Shown here one piece after another: positions 1 to 12,900 of a stretch of 64,000 bases of DNA. The stretch is from Lingula anatina (taxonomy: Eukaryota; Animalia; Brachiopoda): contig CM120643.1 in the NCBI GenBank assembly GCA_051362555.1, positions 3,658,001 through 3,722,000 on the forward strand, in the 5' to 3' direction. A program made the position numbers and the translations under genes. A model generated the notes under the pieces. The model did no database searches and had not been told where the DNA came from. It saw nothing but the letters and a program-made list of their open reading frames with translations. Each line of letters starts with the position of its first letter. Position 1 is the stretch's first letter.

Positions 1-699
1 GATAACACGATAAGTGGAAAACCATTTTACTTTTTGGCTTGAAACTTACAAAACTGATGAATATTCATAATCTGCAAGTCAAGTTCGAAAATCAGCATGA
101 TCGAGTCATTTTTAGGGCAGTTACGCTGTTTTTTCACTTTTCTTAGCATATATGCAACACCGATAACACGCTAAGTGAAATAACATTTTACCTTTTGGCT
201 TGAAACTAACAGAACTGATGGATATTCATAATACGCAGGTCAAGTTCGAAAATCAGCATGATCGGGCCTTTATTTTAGAAGTTATGCTGTTTTTTCACAT
301 TTCCTCAGATTCAATTATTAGGCATGTTAACAGTCTCATTATTTAACTAATAAGATACGTAAAAGTGTTTGTTTGATATTTCCTGCATCTTTACAACATT
401 GTTAATTGATTGTGTAAAAATGATGGTAAACTTGTTATCGTGTATTGTGTAATAAACTGTCAAAAATGGTAATAAACTCATCATTGCAGTTTGTCAGATT
501 CAATCATCCACTATGTTCAGAATCTCAGAATGGAGGAAATTGGACATTAAACACTGTTCTATTGATATTTTTCCCATCTCATCAATTTTCTTAGTTGGTC
601 ATATAAAATGGCAACAAACTGTTTATTTTGTTTTATGTTTAAAAAATGTTAAAAATGGAAATAAACCCATTTCAGAACAGTGCTGTCTTGTTTACATTT

Positions 700-1700
700 T
701 GGCATTTTTAAGATGTGACTTTGAAATTTCATGAGCCTGCAGACCTTTGCTAATCACATTTTCTGAATATTCATGATACTAATATTTTATGATTAAAAAT
801 TGATGGTCATTATGCTGTTAAACATTATGTAATATTGCATCAAAACTTAAAGAAACCCCTATTTTGGGCACTGCTCCCATGATGACCATTTAAGAAAAAC
901 CATGTCACTTACTGTTTTCAAACTTACAGGAAAGAAACATGGGGCTAAAATACAGCTTCAGTAGGCAATGCAGTCTGTTTGGTAATTTTTTTCTGGCAGT
1001 TAAACAGTTTTTTGTGAAAATTTAATTTTTCACATATTGGCATTTTCAAGGTGTGACTTTGAAGTTCCATGAGCCTGCAGACCTTTGCTAGTCACGTTTT
1101 CTGAATGTTCATGTTACTAATATTCTATTATTAAAAATTGATGGTCATTATGCTGTTAAACATTATGTAATATTGCATCAAAATTTGAAGAAACCCCTAT
1201 TTTGGGCACTGCTCCCATGATGACCATTTAAGAAAAACCATGTCACTTACTGTTTTCAAACTTACAGGAAAGAAACATGGGGCTAAAATACAGCTTCAGT
1301 AGGCAATGCAGTCTGTTTGGTAATTTTTTCTGGCAGTTAAACAGTTTTTTGTGAAAATTTAATTTTTCACATATTGGCATTTTCAAGGTGTGACTTTGAA
1401 GTTCCATGATCCTGAAGACCTTTGCTTGTCACGTTTTCTGAATGTCCATGTTACTAATATTCTATTATTAAAAATTGATGGTCATTATGCTATTAAGCAT
1501 TATGTAATATTGCATCAAAATAGAAGAAAACACAATTTTTGGTGCTGCTGCTATGATGAGCATTATGGGAAAACCGTGTTATGACTGTCAAACCTTTAAA
1601 AAAGAAACACAGGACTAAAATGCAGAATGAGTTGGAAAAGCAGTCTAATTGGCTTCTTTTTCTGGAAGTTATACATTTGAGTGAAATATTCATTATCTTT
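700..1700. repeat. ~338-bp tandem repeat (3 units) inside a larger dispersed AT-rich repeat
   Basis: Unit marker gagcctgcagacctttgcta at ~733 and ~1071, variant at ~1408. Region ~240-960 is re-copied at ~4116-4880, with related sequence near 52700-53260. Confidence 0.75.
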
Positions 1701-2445
1701 TTGGCATATTCATTGTGGGACTCCGAGCTCCCATGGACATGAAGCCGAATGGTAATCAAATTTTCTACATGTCCATGCTATTTATTGTCAATAATCAAAG
1801 ATTGGTGATAATTATTCTATAATTTATTATGTAATGTTACATCAAAATTGACAACAATATTTTTGCATTGCTACTGCAAACATTATGAAAAGAAAACTGT
1901 GTTACTTATTATTATTATTTTTAACTTACAAGTATGATTTTTAGGATTGGCATGCAGTTCAAATTAGAAAGCCAGGTCAATTGGGTTATCATTTATTATT
2001 GAATTTATGCAATTTTGTGTGAAATTTTCATTTTTCTCATTCTGGCACTTTCTAAGTATAAACTTGAACTCTGATGGGCCTGAAGCCTTATGCTTTTACT
2101 TTCGTCGTTGTTACCTGTTGTGCATAATTAAAATTTGATGTTGACTGTGCAGTAAAACATAATGTATTATTGCATCAGAATTGGTAGTCTCCTATTTTGT
2201 GCATTATTGTTTTGTGCTTTTCTTAAGATGTGACTTATGGGCCTGAAAGACCTTTGAGAGGGTCAGTCTGTTAATATTCCTTGGGTATCACATAGCTAAT
2301 TTCTGAGTTATAAAGTCATTTGCCTAATTGATAGGCCATTAAAGGAGATTACATAAAGCACACTTGTTGATATTTCCTTGTAAACTCCCAAAAGTTAAGC
2401 TCTCTGCTAGATTAATAATAAGGAAGCAGTGATAATTATGCAGGT

Positions 2446-2449
<4 letters not shown>

Positions 2450-2487
<38 letters not shown>
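2450..2487. repeat. (TA)n microsatellite
   Basis: Direct sequence. Confidence 0.95.
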
Positions 2488-2490
<3 letters not shown>

Positions 2491-2532
2491 CAAAGATTAA
2501 AAGTTTGAATGGCAGCTTCATTGAAATTATAT

Positions 2533-2758
2533 TTACCTCAGGCTCTGCCTAGGAGGTTATATTTTCACCCCTGTTTGTCTGTCAGTCATCAACATAACTC
2601 AAAAAGTTATGGACCGATTTTGCTGAAATTTTCAGGAACTGTCAGAATTGGGCCAAAGAGGACAATGGTTAGTTTTTAGTGGTGGTCTGGCTCAATAATC
2701 AACAATAATCAACAATTGCTGCCTTGGCAGAGGTCTGCACTCTCGGTGGATTTCTAGT
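2533..2758 (+). mobile_element. Short non-autonomous Helentron-like element (HINE)
   Basis: Sub-terminal inverted repeats ctctgcctagg (2543-2553) / ccttggcagag (2722-2732), GTCT-type microsatellite near 5' end, 3' end ...CTAG|TTT. Confidence 0.6.
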
Positions 2759-5346
2759 TTTGTTAGGTTTTCCTTTACAATTTTTTCTCAAACACTTGCA
2801 TTTGTGACTTTTAACTCTCATCTGCTCGAGGCTCTGCACATTTTCTGTATTTCCACATAAGCAATTGTATTGTTTTTTATGTCTTTAAACATTATATAAA
2901 ATTATTTTATGCACTGTCATCATTTTTCAAATATTGAGACTTTCATCATGTGACTATAGTCTCTCATGGTCCTGAAACTGTAATCTTATTGAAGGGGTGG
3001 ATTGAGACCATCTTCTGGGTCTTCTTGAAGACAGGTTATTAAGTTTATATTGACTGGTATCTATTTTTTTCTGTTGGAAGACCATCAAAATGGAGGATGG
3101 ATCAACATAGATACTTTGGAATACTGTCAGAAAATATCTCAGGGTCCGCTCCTGTTATTGACCATGTTACCTGTTGTGCATGATTAAAATTCAGTGTTGA
3201 CTGACAGTGCTATTATAAGCATTATTTATTATTGCATCAAAATTGACAAAATGACCTTTTTTTGCATCTTTATTTTCTGTTTTTTGTCTGTACATTTGAC
3301 AGCTTTGCTGCCTTGTTTAGTTCTTTCAGTTATATTGTTCTTTTTCCAGAGTACCCTTACCATGAAAAAGCAGGCAGTGAAAGACAGCACCAAGAGCAGC
3401 ACTATGTCTTATCCATGTGTACAATACATGATATGTGGCAAGATTTAGGACATTGTCAAATATTGTGATAACAAGAACCCATTCCAGAAACCCATTGTAA
3501 GGAGTAATCTGCATCTGGCATTGATAGTAAGAAGTCTTGTATGGGTATTATTGTTTTCCAGATAACAGTTATAGGTAATTTGCAACCTCTTACACAAACA
3601 ACCTCAAATCATCACATTTGCCTTTTAATGTACAGACACAGATGTGTCTGTACATATTGCCATCACCTGAGTCTGTCGTCGCCAATGCTGATGCCGATGC
3701 CATCGCCGTGCACTTTCCTTGTAAACAGGATAAGTGGAGGGCAGTTTTACTTTTTGGCTTCATATTTACAGAGCTGATGAATATTCATAAAACGCAGGTC
3801 AGGTTCGAAAATCAGCATGATCGGGCCATTATTGTAGAAGTTATGCTGTTTTTTCACTTTTCAGCATATATGCAACCCTGTAAACACATTTTAAGGAAAA
3901 CCGTTAGGCCTGTTGTCATGAAACTCACAGGAGGATTTAATCTTACTAAAATGCAGGTCAAGTTCGAAAATCGGCATGATCGGGCCACTATTTTAGTAGT
4001 TATACCCTTTTTTTTCATTTTTCAGCATATATGCAACACTGTAAACACAATATAAGAAAAACAGATATGCCAATTGTCATTAAACTCACAGGAGTGGTCA
4101 ATCTTACTAAAACGCAGGTTGACTTCAAAAATCAGCATAATCGGGCCATTATTGTAGAAGTTATGCTGTTTTTTCACAATTCCTCAGATTCAATTCTTAG
4201 GCATGTTAACAGTCTTATTGTTTTACTAATAAGATGCATAAAAGTGTTTGTTTGGCATTTCCTGCATCTTTACAACATCATTACTTGATTATGTAAAAAT
4301 GATGGTAAACTTGTTATCGTGTATTGTGTAATAAAGTGTCAAAAATGGAAATAAACTCATATCATTGCAGTTTGTCAGATTCAATCATTCACTAAGTTCA
4401 GAATCTCAGAATGGAGGAAATTGGACATTTAACACTGCTGTATTGATATTTTTCCCATCTCATCAATTTTCTTAGTTGATCGTATAAAAATGGCAGTAAC
4501 CTGTAAATTTTGTTTTATGTTAAAAAAAATTGTTAAAAATGAAAAAAAAAAAAAAAAACATTTCAGAACAGTGCTCTATTTGTTTACATTTTGGCATTTT
4601 CAAGTTGTGACTTTGAAGTTCCATGGACCTGAAGACCTTTGCTAGTCACATTTTCTGAATATCCATGATAATAATATTTTATTATTAAAATTGATGGTCA
4701 TTATGCTGTTATGTAATATTGCATCAAAATTTAAAAAAAAACTATTTTTGGCACTGCTCCCATGATGACCATTTAAGAAAAACCATGTCAGTTACTGTTC
4801 TCAAACTTACAGGAAAGAAACATGGGACTAAAATACAGCCTCAGTAGGCAATGCAGTCTGTTTGGTAATTCTTACTGCCAGTTAAACGTTTTCACATATT
4901 GGCATTTTCAAGGTGTGACTTTGAAGTTCCACGGGCTTGAAGACCCATGCTAGTCACATTTTCTGAAAAATCATGATACGTATATTTTATTATTAAAAAT
5001 TGATGGTCATTATGCTGTTAACCATTATGTAATATGGCACCAGAATAGAAGAAAACACAATTTTGGGTGCTGCTGCCATGATGACCATTATGGGAAAACC
5101 ATGTTACTTATGATTGCCAAACTTTCAAAAAAAGAAATACAGGACTAAAATGCAGCCTGAGTTGGAAAAGCAGTCTCATTGGCTTCTTTTTCTGGAAGTT
5201 ATACATTTTCAAAGTGTGAACTTGTTACACATTTTACTTACATTGGTATTACCTGTTGAGCATAATTAAAATTTGATGTTGAATTTGCAGTTTAACATAA
5301 TGTACTTTTGCATTAGAATTGACAGTAGCCTATTTTGTGCATAGTT

Positions 5347-7171
5347 ATTAGTACCACCAGCGTGTACGCTGGCGGTACTCATGGTTTTAGTCCCGACCCG
5401 TCTCGTACAGCTCCGCCGGCTCCGCCGGCTCCGCCGGCTCCTGCGGCTCCGCAGGATGACGTGGGATACGAGTCACCGTTACCGCTTCTCCTCCTAGACT
5501 GCAAGGACCTGTGTCCCCATCTCTTGGATTTAGGTCACATATAATCTCAACTTGAACCCCCAGGTTTTTTTGTCTCAGTTGGTGCATTGACCTGGGCATG
5601 ACGCTCTTTGAAATGCACCCTTGTCAAAAATTTTGAAAATTCAATGCTAAATATCTCCCAAACCGATGGAATTATGGGAAAAATTACTACAGATGGCTGA
5701 CCAAAAGTCATATGTGAGGATTTCAAATATGCCCTTGTGACCTTTGACCTTTATTTCAAGGTCAAACAGGCCAAAATTTTCTAAAAATGGGAATTTTTTG
5801 ATAGAAAATTTTTATTTCAGCCGATATTTAGAAACGAAACATATCTTACCTATAATATTATGAGCAGGTGTTACCCTTAGGGTCATCTTTCATTTTCGTG
5901 AGTTTGGGGTCAATCGGTGCATTTTCATGGTAGTAGCGGCCATTAGATGCCGAAACTGAAAATTCTCTCTAATTCTGGAACCGTTAATGCTAGAGACCTC
6001 TTGTTTTTTGCATTTTGTAGAACTTGTCAAGGGCAACACTGGGGGTGGTGTCCTTTTTTTTTGTTTTTGATACGGCTTAGGCATTGCACTATATCAAAAA
6101 GTTCAACATCCAAAATTCAGTGGTGAAAATAAAATGTGAATTACTCAAAAATTAGCAGAGATAAGCCCTTAGTTACTATTGAACTTGAATAGGAAGTCAT
6201 ATACTGATAATCTAACTGTGACCTTGAAATTGACCTTTGACCTACTTTTCACCATGAACTGAACTTTGCAAAAATTATCTCCCTTATATCTCGAAAACTG
6301 GCAGAGATATACCCATAGTTACTATTGAACCTGAACAGGAAGTCATATACTGGCAATCTAACTGTGACCTTGAAATTGACATTTGACCTACTTTTTATGA
6401 TGAACTGTACTTTGCATGTTTTCTGGCCTCTTTATCTCCAAAATTAGCAAGGAGATACCCATAGTTACTATTTAACTTGAATAGGAAATCATAGACCATG
6501 AACTGACCTTTGCATATTTTCTTGCCCCTCATATCTTCAAAACTAGCAGAGATATGCTCAGTGTTGCCCTTAGGTTTTCTCTTTTGTCAGCATATATGCA
6601 ACACTGATAACACATTTCAAGGAAAACCAAGACTTCGTTCACATGTAATGTCTATTTTCTATTTTCTATTTTCTATTTTCGGTATGTCTTATGATCACGG
6701 TCTGTGCACTGAATATCCCGGTGTAATTACTGGCAGCGCGAGCCAGTTACTTATAGTAACTTATAGTAACTGGCTCGCGCTGCCAGTAATTACGCGGCGG
6801 GATATTCAGTGCACAGACCGTGATCATAAGACATACCGAAAATAGAAAATAGAAAATAGAAAATAGACATTGCATGTGAACGAAGCCCAATAGGCCTATT
6901 GTCTAGAAAATCACAGGAGTGATCAATGTTAGGAAAATACAGGCCAATTGGAAAATCCGCTTGATTGGACCATTTTTATGTTATGTTTTTTCTTCTTTTT
7001 TTTTTTTTTGCATATTTTGAAAATTCTTGTTTATTGCATAGAGCTTGTCAAGGACAAGACTGGTTGTGGTGTCCCTTTTTTTTTGGGGGGGGGGTGGTTC
7101 CATTCGAATGCGCTTACTCCAGCTGGTGGTACAATATCCGGAGGCGGTATCGCCTCTCTGATCCTCTAGTT
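5347..7171 (+). mobile_element. Non-autonomous Helentron-like element with internal tandem repeats and a nested MITE
   Basis: 5' palindrome gtaccaccagcgtgtacgctggcggtac (5351-5378), (gctccgccg)n minisatellite, 3' sub-TIR gctggtggtac (7122-7132), 3' hairpin gaggcggtatcgcctc, end CTAG|TT. Confidence 0.6.
6631..6887. mobile_element. Fold-back (palindromic) MITE, PIF/Harbinger-like
   Basis: Almost perfect ~120-bp inverted arms (g[a/g]cttcgttcacatg...catgtgaacgaagcc), 3-bp TSD CAA on both sides. A diverged right half lies at ~47842-47965. Confidence 0.8.
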
Positions 7172-7675
7172 TCCTTTTTTTTTTTTTGTTTGTACATTTG
7201 ACAGCTTTGCTGCCTTGTTTTTTTTAATAATCACATTGCAAAATTATTAACATTTAACTATTTTAAGCCATGGAATTTGCAGTGTAATTTTTTAGTTTTT
7301 TAAAAGATATTATACACAGTCAAGTGATCAGCTTATCACAGATTTTTATTGTTGTTAAGCATCATTTGTACAAATTATAGAAATATTGGACAAGATTTGA
7401 CAAAATTATTAACGTTTAACTATTTTAAAGTCCTGGGTTTTGTCAGTCTTCAATGTAAATTTCAGTTTTCCCAAATATATTGTACCAAAAAACTCTTTTC
7501 ATTAGATACAGACAACTGAATTTAATCTTATCACAGATTTTTATTGTTTTTAAGCATCATTTGTACAAATTTCAGAAATAAGTGGCTTATATTCACTTGA
7601 AACCTTATAGAGAAGGTTAGTTGCTCATTCCATGCTAATCTATTTGTTTCTTTTCAGACCAGGCCCCAGCTGACC

Positions 7676-8229
7676 AAGAAGACCCAGTGAGGACTGAGGA
7701 CCCATGAGTGAGGGCAAAGGACTCATCAGGACTGGGACCCAGGAGTGAGGGCAGAAGACCCATTGAAAACTGAAGACCCAGGAGTGAGGGCAAAGGACTC
7801 ATTAGGACTGAGGACCCAGGAGTGAGGGCAAAGGACTCATCAGGACTGAGGACCCAGGAGTGAGGGCAGAGGACCCATTGAAAACTGAGGACCCAGGAGT
7901 GAGGGCAAAGGACTCATTAGGACTGAGGACCCAGGAGTGAGGGCAGAGGACTCATTAGGACTGAGGACCCAGGAGTGAAGGCAGAAGACTCATTGAAAAC
8001 TGAGGACCCAGGAGTGAAGGCAGAGGACCCATTGAAAACTGAGGACCCAGGAGTGAGGGCAAAGGACTCATTAGGACTGAGGACCCATGAGTGAGGGCAG
8101 AGGACCCATTGAAAACTGAGGACCCAGGAGTGAGGGCAAAGGACTCATTGAAAACTGAGGACCCAGGAGTGAGGGCAAAGGACTCATTGAAAACTGAGGA
8201 CCCAGGAGTGAGGGCAGAGGACCCATCAG
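7676..8229 (+). repeat. 39-bp minisatellite (~14 units), possibly exonised
   Basis: Unit gaggacccaggagtgagggcaRaggacYcattRRRact. One frame reads (EDPGVRAKDSLKT)n. Pyrimidine-rich acceptor tttcttttcag just upstream. Confidence 0.85.
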
Positions 8230-9343
8230 GTTGTTTAAGTACTTTTTCAGTGATTTTTCATTTCAAATTTTTTATAGATGATAGACCCAGAATGAACTGA
8301 TTTTAGATCCGTGAGTATTTTGAAACTATTAATGTCTATGATAGATGCTACGTGAACGTCTCTACAACTGATGAATGACCACTTCTGACTCTTTTTTGAC
8401 AATGACAATGACTGTGGATAATTAAAGGGATATGTCATAACACAATTACTTTCATACCTATATAATGCTGAAATAAGGTGATGTCCATTATTAAGCACTG
8501 TGCAACCACTAAACAAGATAGCTTTAAATACTTGTTAGGTGTATTGTATTGAAATCATTTTAAGGTTTGGACTATAGATAGGCACTAGCCCACATAATAG
8601 TTATAACTCCCTAGGAGTACTTCATACATGTTTACTTGTAGCATGGGATATGGGGGACCCCCCCCCCAAAAAAAAAAAAAAAAAATCAATATGTATACCT
8701 GGATCCCTCATTTTTTTATCTATGCCATATTACACAATTTTCTTTCTTTTTAGACCATCACATTTTTTCCAAAACAGAATCCCCTAGGAGAAAACGGTTG
8801 TTGTTTGGTATACTAATATTTTTCAGCTGAGGCCCAAGCTGACCAGGACCCATTGAGGACTGAGGACCAATTAAGAGAGGATACAGGAGGTTTGTAAAAA
8901 GGCACCTAATGTGATTTATGAGCAGTGGTAAAAAGGTCCCAAAATCACTGAAACTAATTTTTTCTATGAAATTGCAATGTTGCTGGACTTGTTGAGCACT
9001 TGGTTGAATTGACTGAAATCTTTCCTGAATGAGTTAAGTATCAGGTTAACACTTTAATATTATTGGCAAAACAAGTTAAATACCTCTCTCTTTTGTTAAT
9101 GTACTGTAAATAAATTGAGCTACTTGCATTATTCAATATTTTTTGGGATGGCTCATATTTTAATGTTTTGCTGTCCATTTGTAGATAGGACTGAGGAAGA
9201 GGATTGTAAGGCCCTTAATGGTGAGGGCCGAGTAGTATGAAAAGAAAAGGTAAGGTCCCTTCCTTGTCACTTAAATGGAGAAAAAACCTTTCATGCAGTA
9301 GGTATGACATTTCTTCTAAAATAATATTAAGTCAAAGACATGC

Positions 9344-9980
9344 CTGGTTGACTGGAGATGAAATAGACTTAGCCCATGGAATTTGATCAGATATGTTCCC
9401 AAAGGTAGAGGGCTTTCATGGTACTTGTGATCTAGAGTTTGTTAAAAATGGTAATTTCCTATCCACTCCCACTTCTTCATTTGTGCAGATAGTTAATCTG
9501 AAATCCCATTGGCTTACTCTTTCCAACATTAACAGCAATATTAGCAATTGTGTTCAAATTCCAGACTTAGCCCCAGATTGAAGGGTAAGATTGTTCAGAT
9601 CATTGCTTCATTGCTTTTTTCCAAGGAAATTGTTTTGGAGCATATAGACGTTCAGGAGCAAACTGGCAGAAATGACATGTGCTTTGGAACAAGACCCGAG
9701 GACTTCATTTGGGAGCAAAGGGCAATGAGGGAACATCTCAGCAAGTGTTTTGAAAGGGGTAGTTTGGAAATGTCCCCAAATAGATCAGAGAACCTCAACC
9801 ATACAAGACCAACATTGTCTAAATTTCCAATATATATTCATTGTAGACAGGTCTATGACAGACACCAGGACTGGATTGAATGTGAAGACTGCCTGCAATG
9901 GTTCCATGTCAAGTGTAAAGGGATCCAGTCATCTGCCCTGGAGAATCTACAACACACATTGACAGTGTTGCAACTGCTCT
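9344..9980 (+). pseudogene. Degenerate Ulp1/C48-like peptidase + PHD finger (transposon accessory-type gene)
   Basis: Pieces across frames: WLTGDEID, FVQIVN..HWLTLSN, VQEQTGRND, MREHLSKCF, then IYIHCR..WIECEDCLQWFHVKC. Has a stop and a frameshift, and lacks the expected DCG(L/V)FA catalytic segment. Confidence 0.6.
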
Positions 9981-12900
9981 TAGGGTGGTATTCTATAGAG
10001 CTGTAATCTGTCAGATAGACACATCATATTAGTTGGGGGAGATTCTTGCTAAGTGTGATCATTGCAATTAGCTTAAATGGCCGAGTTACTGAGGAGAAGG
10101 TATGCATGTTGGGCTTGCATGTTCAGTTTCTACTTAATATGCTATTTCTTAAGTTATTTTGCTCATTATAGATTACAGGGTAGCTAATAACATTCAGCAA
10201 TATTTGGCTTCACACAAGTCTGTTTTATAAAACAATTAAAAGATGACCCATGTAATCCTTTCATAAATTTATTATGACATTATTGAGAATATTTGTTCAA
10301 AAGTGTGATCAGAATAGTGATGACAGCAGCTGCAGAATTGTAATTTCTGACACTGAAAGCATAGATTAGAAGTAGAATGTAACTTGGAGACTCTGACAGG
10401 GAAAGAGCTTAAAACCAAAGTGACTTATTTTCACTGGAAACCATACAGAGAATGTTTGTTACTTATTTCATCTATGCGTGATTCTAGCATCAAAGGGAAA
10501 GGCTAGGCTAAGTTTGCTGATGTAGTTAAAGTAGGGCTACATTCCTGCTTGCATAATTGTATACTGTAGCAATAGAATTTATGAATAGAATACCTTTCTC
10601 TAAGTCATATGGTAACTAATTGTTAATTGCTTCTTAGTATACTGAAAATATTAGCTGAATAGTTTCATGTTAAGATATTGCATGTAGGTTTTACTGTACT
10701 TTACTTGGTTATGGTAATACAACAAATGGGGTGTTAAAAAATTTACACCCTGTCTCCTAACATAATTTTTGTAGTGTTCCAACAACAACCAATTGTTTTG
10801 TCCTTTTCAGGCATTTAAAAAACACCATGACCAAGCCAACGTGATTTTTTTGTTTAGATTTTTGAGGTTTTAAATGGCCATGACCATTCTTTTATGTGAT
10901 TTAGAGATTTTATTTGTGTCTGATTGTAGCTTTAAATTTGTTTCTGAAAATTTAGGTATTACTTTTGCCTCGTAAGCAATGTTAAAATAGTGTTATAGGT
11001 CCAACACAGTTGGTTCCAACTCTTATTATTACAGGAATCATGTAGATGTATTGATATGTGGATTATAATAATTGTATGTCTAGTGTGAAAAATATTTTAG
11101 TTTAACTTACACTATTTTACTTAGAACTAATAACCACAGTAATTATTTTTTACTTGAAACATTAGTTCATTGTGAAGTGTTAAAGTCAAACTATCTGGGA
11201 TTTAACATGCATAGATTCTCTTTGTAAGATGTCATCTGAACAGTAAAATATGTGTGTTCAGCCGTTTGCAATGTGGTTCCAGTCTCTACTTTATATCTGT
11301 TCAACAAGAGGTTGATGAAGTGTAAATGTCAAAAGGAATTTATTTATGGAATGGATTTGAATAATCTCTTTATTAATCATACCAATGCAAAAGATATTGT
11401 AGAAAATGTGTTTGAAGTGTTGGATATAAACTATAAACCACTGCTGTTCGGAAATCTTTTGAGACTGATCACTCTGTACCAAGGACAGCATAAACAGAGA
11501 CTGAATACAACAAACCATTAGTATCAAACCAAAGGACTGAAACATTTCCCTTGATCTTGCTTTACACTAGCTGGTGGTAAAGGCAATAGGTGTTTTCAAA
11601 CAGTCATGAAATCTAGGATTATGGTAAATTAAACATGGATCCTAACATGGATAATTATCTCCAAAGATAAAAACGTAATATATAATGTATTTTTTACTAT
11701 TTTTATGATGATATTCACTTCATATTTCTACTAATACATTGAAAGGTCAACCTTATCTAGTCAAATTTTTTCTAGACTTGTCAAATTATTGCCAATAAAC
11801 TCGACCAAATACCACCATTTAAGTATAAATTCAAGAAACAACTCGGGTTTCAGAATTAGAGGAACGGATAAGTGTATCAAGTTTGCGCCCAGAAATATAA
11901 TAAAGGTGCAGTTTTAAAGCTTTTTTTCCGGCTGATCGAGTGATTTATTTCATTTTGGGTTCTTTTGTTTCAGTTGTGTAAGAAGCTGGTTGTAGTAATT
12001 TGTATGCGTTACAGGGAATGTACAGAGCGACTTTCTCGCTTGTATGCATCTTGAAAAGAAAAAACAAAACACTATTTTTCTGACAAGTCTCTGTTGGAGA
12101 ACATCTGTTAACAACTTTTCGGGTGTCCATTCTAAAATATCAAACCACGAATTTGGAGGAGAAAAAGGAAGAACTCCTCCTTATATAGAAAGGTGAAAAT
12201 GCAATCAATGAAATTTTGGCGTAAGACATTGTCGTGTCCGACATAAAGATCAAAAAGATATTGAATGAGGTCACATGATGTAACGTGTAAATACCGGTAG
12301 TTCTCAAGTAATGTGGCCGCCTCTTTGTATACCGCCAAGGTAAAGAAATTAATTATACAATTATAAGTTTTTACAGTTTGCGTGGATCTACATAACATAA
12401 GAAACTAATATATAAGCAATCGGAATTGATAGGGGGGAGGAAAGAGAGAAAGAAGGAGAAGGAGATTGGGAGAGACGGGGCAGACTTGGATTCGAGAGTC
12501 AGCAGTTGGAGACTTCGCTTATAATATGAAGATACCGAGCGTCGACAAATAAATCATTTAACTGGTCATTATGTGGACTTGGTTTTTCTTTGGGCGACCT
12601 TACGTAAATCTGACACGAACCGTGGAATCTTTAGACTGCGTTATCCGCTAAGTGAGTCGAAAACATGTCCTATTTCGAGCCCACGTTTGAATTAAGCGTA
12701 AAAATGTTAAGTTTAGGACATGCATTCCATATGCATGAAAAGGTCCATTACAATATTGATTGACAGGAATTTTCTTAAATATGCGTATCTATATACATGT
12801 AGATGAATTAAACATTAGAAATTACTTACAATTCAAAGCAAACATAACCTGAAATCATGAAGCTCTAATTTGAAAGGGAGTTGGACATTTATCGTTAAAA

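Noticed and set aside
3618-4288. ORFs of 145 and 85 aa
   Set aside because: Chance ORFs in a ~150-bp tandem repeat with no domain signal.
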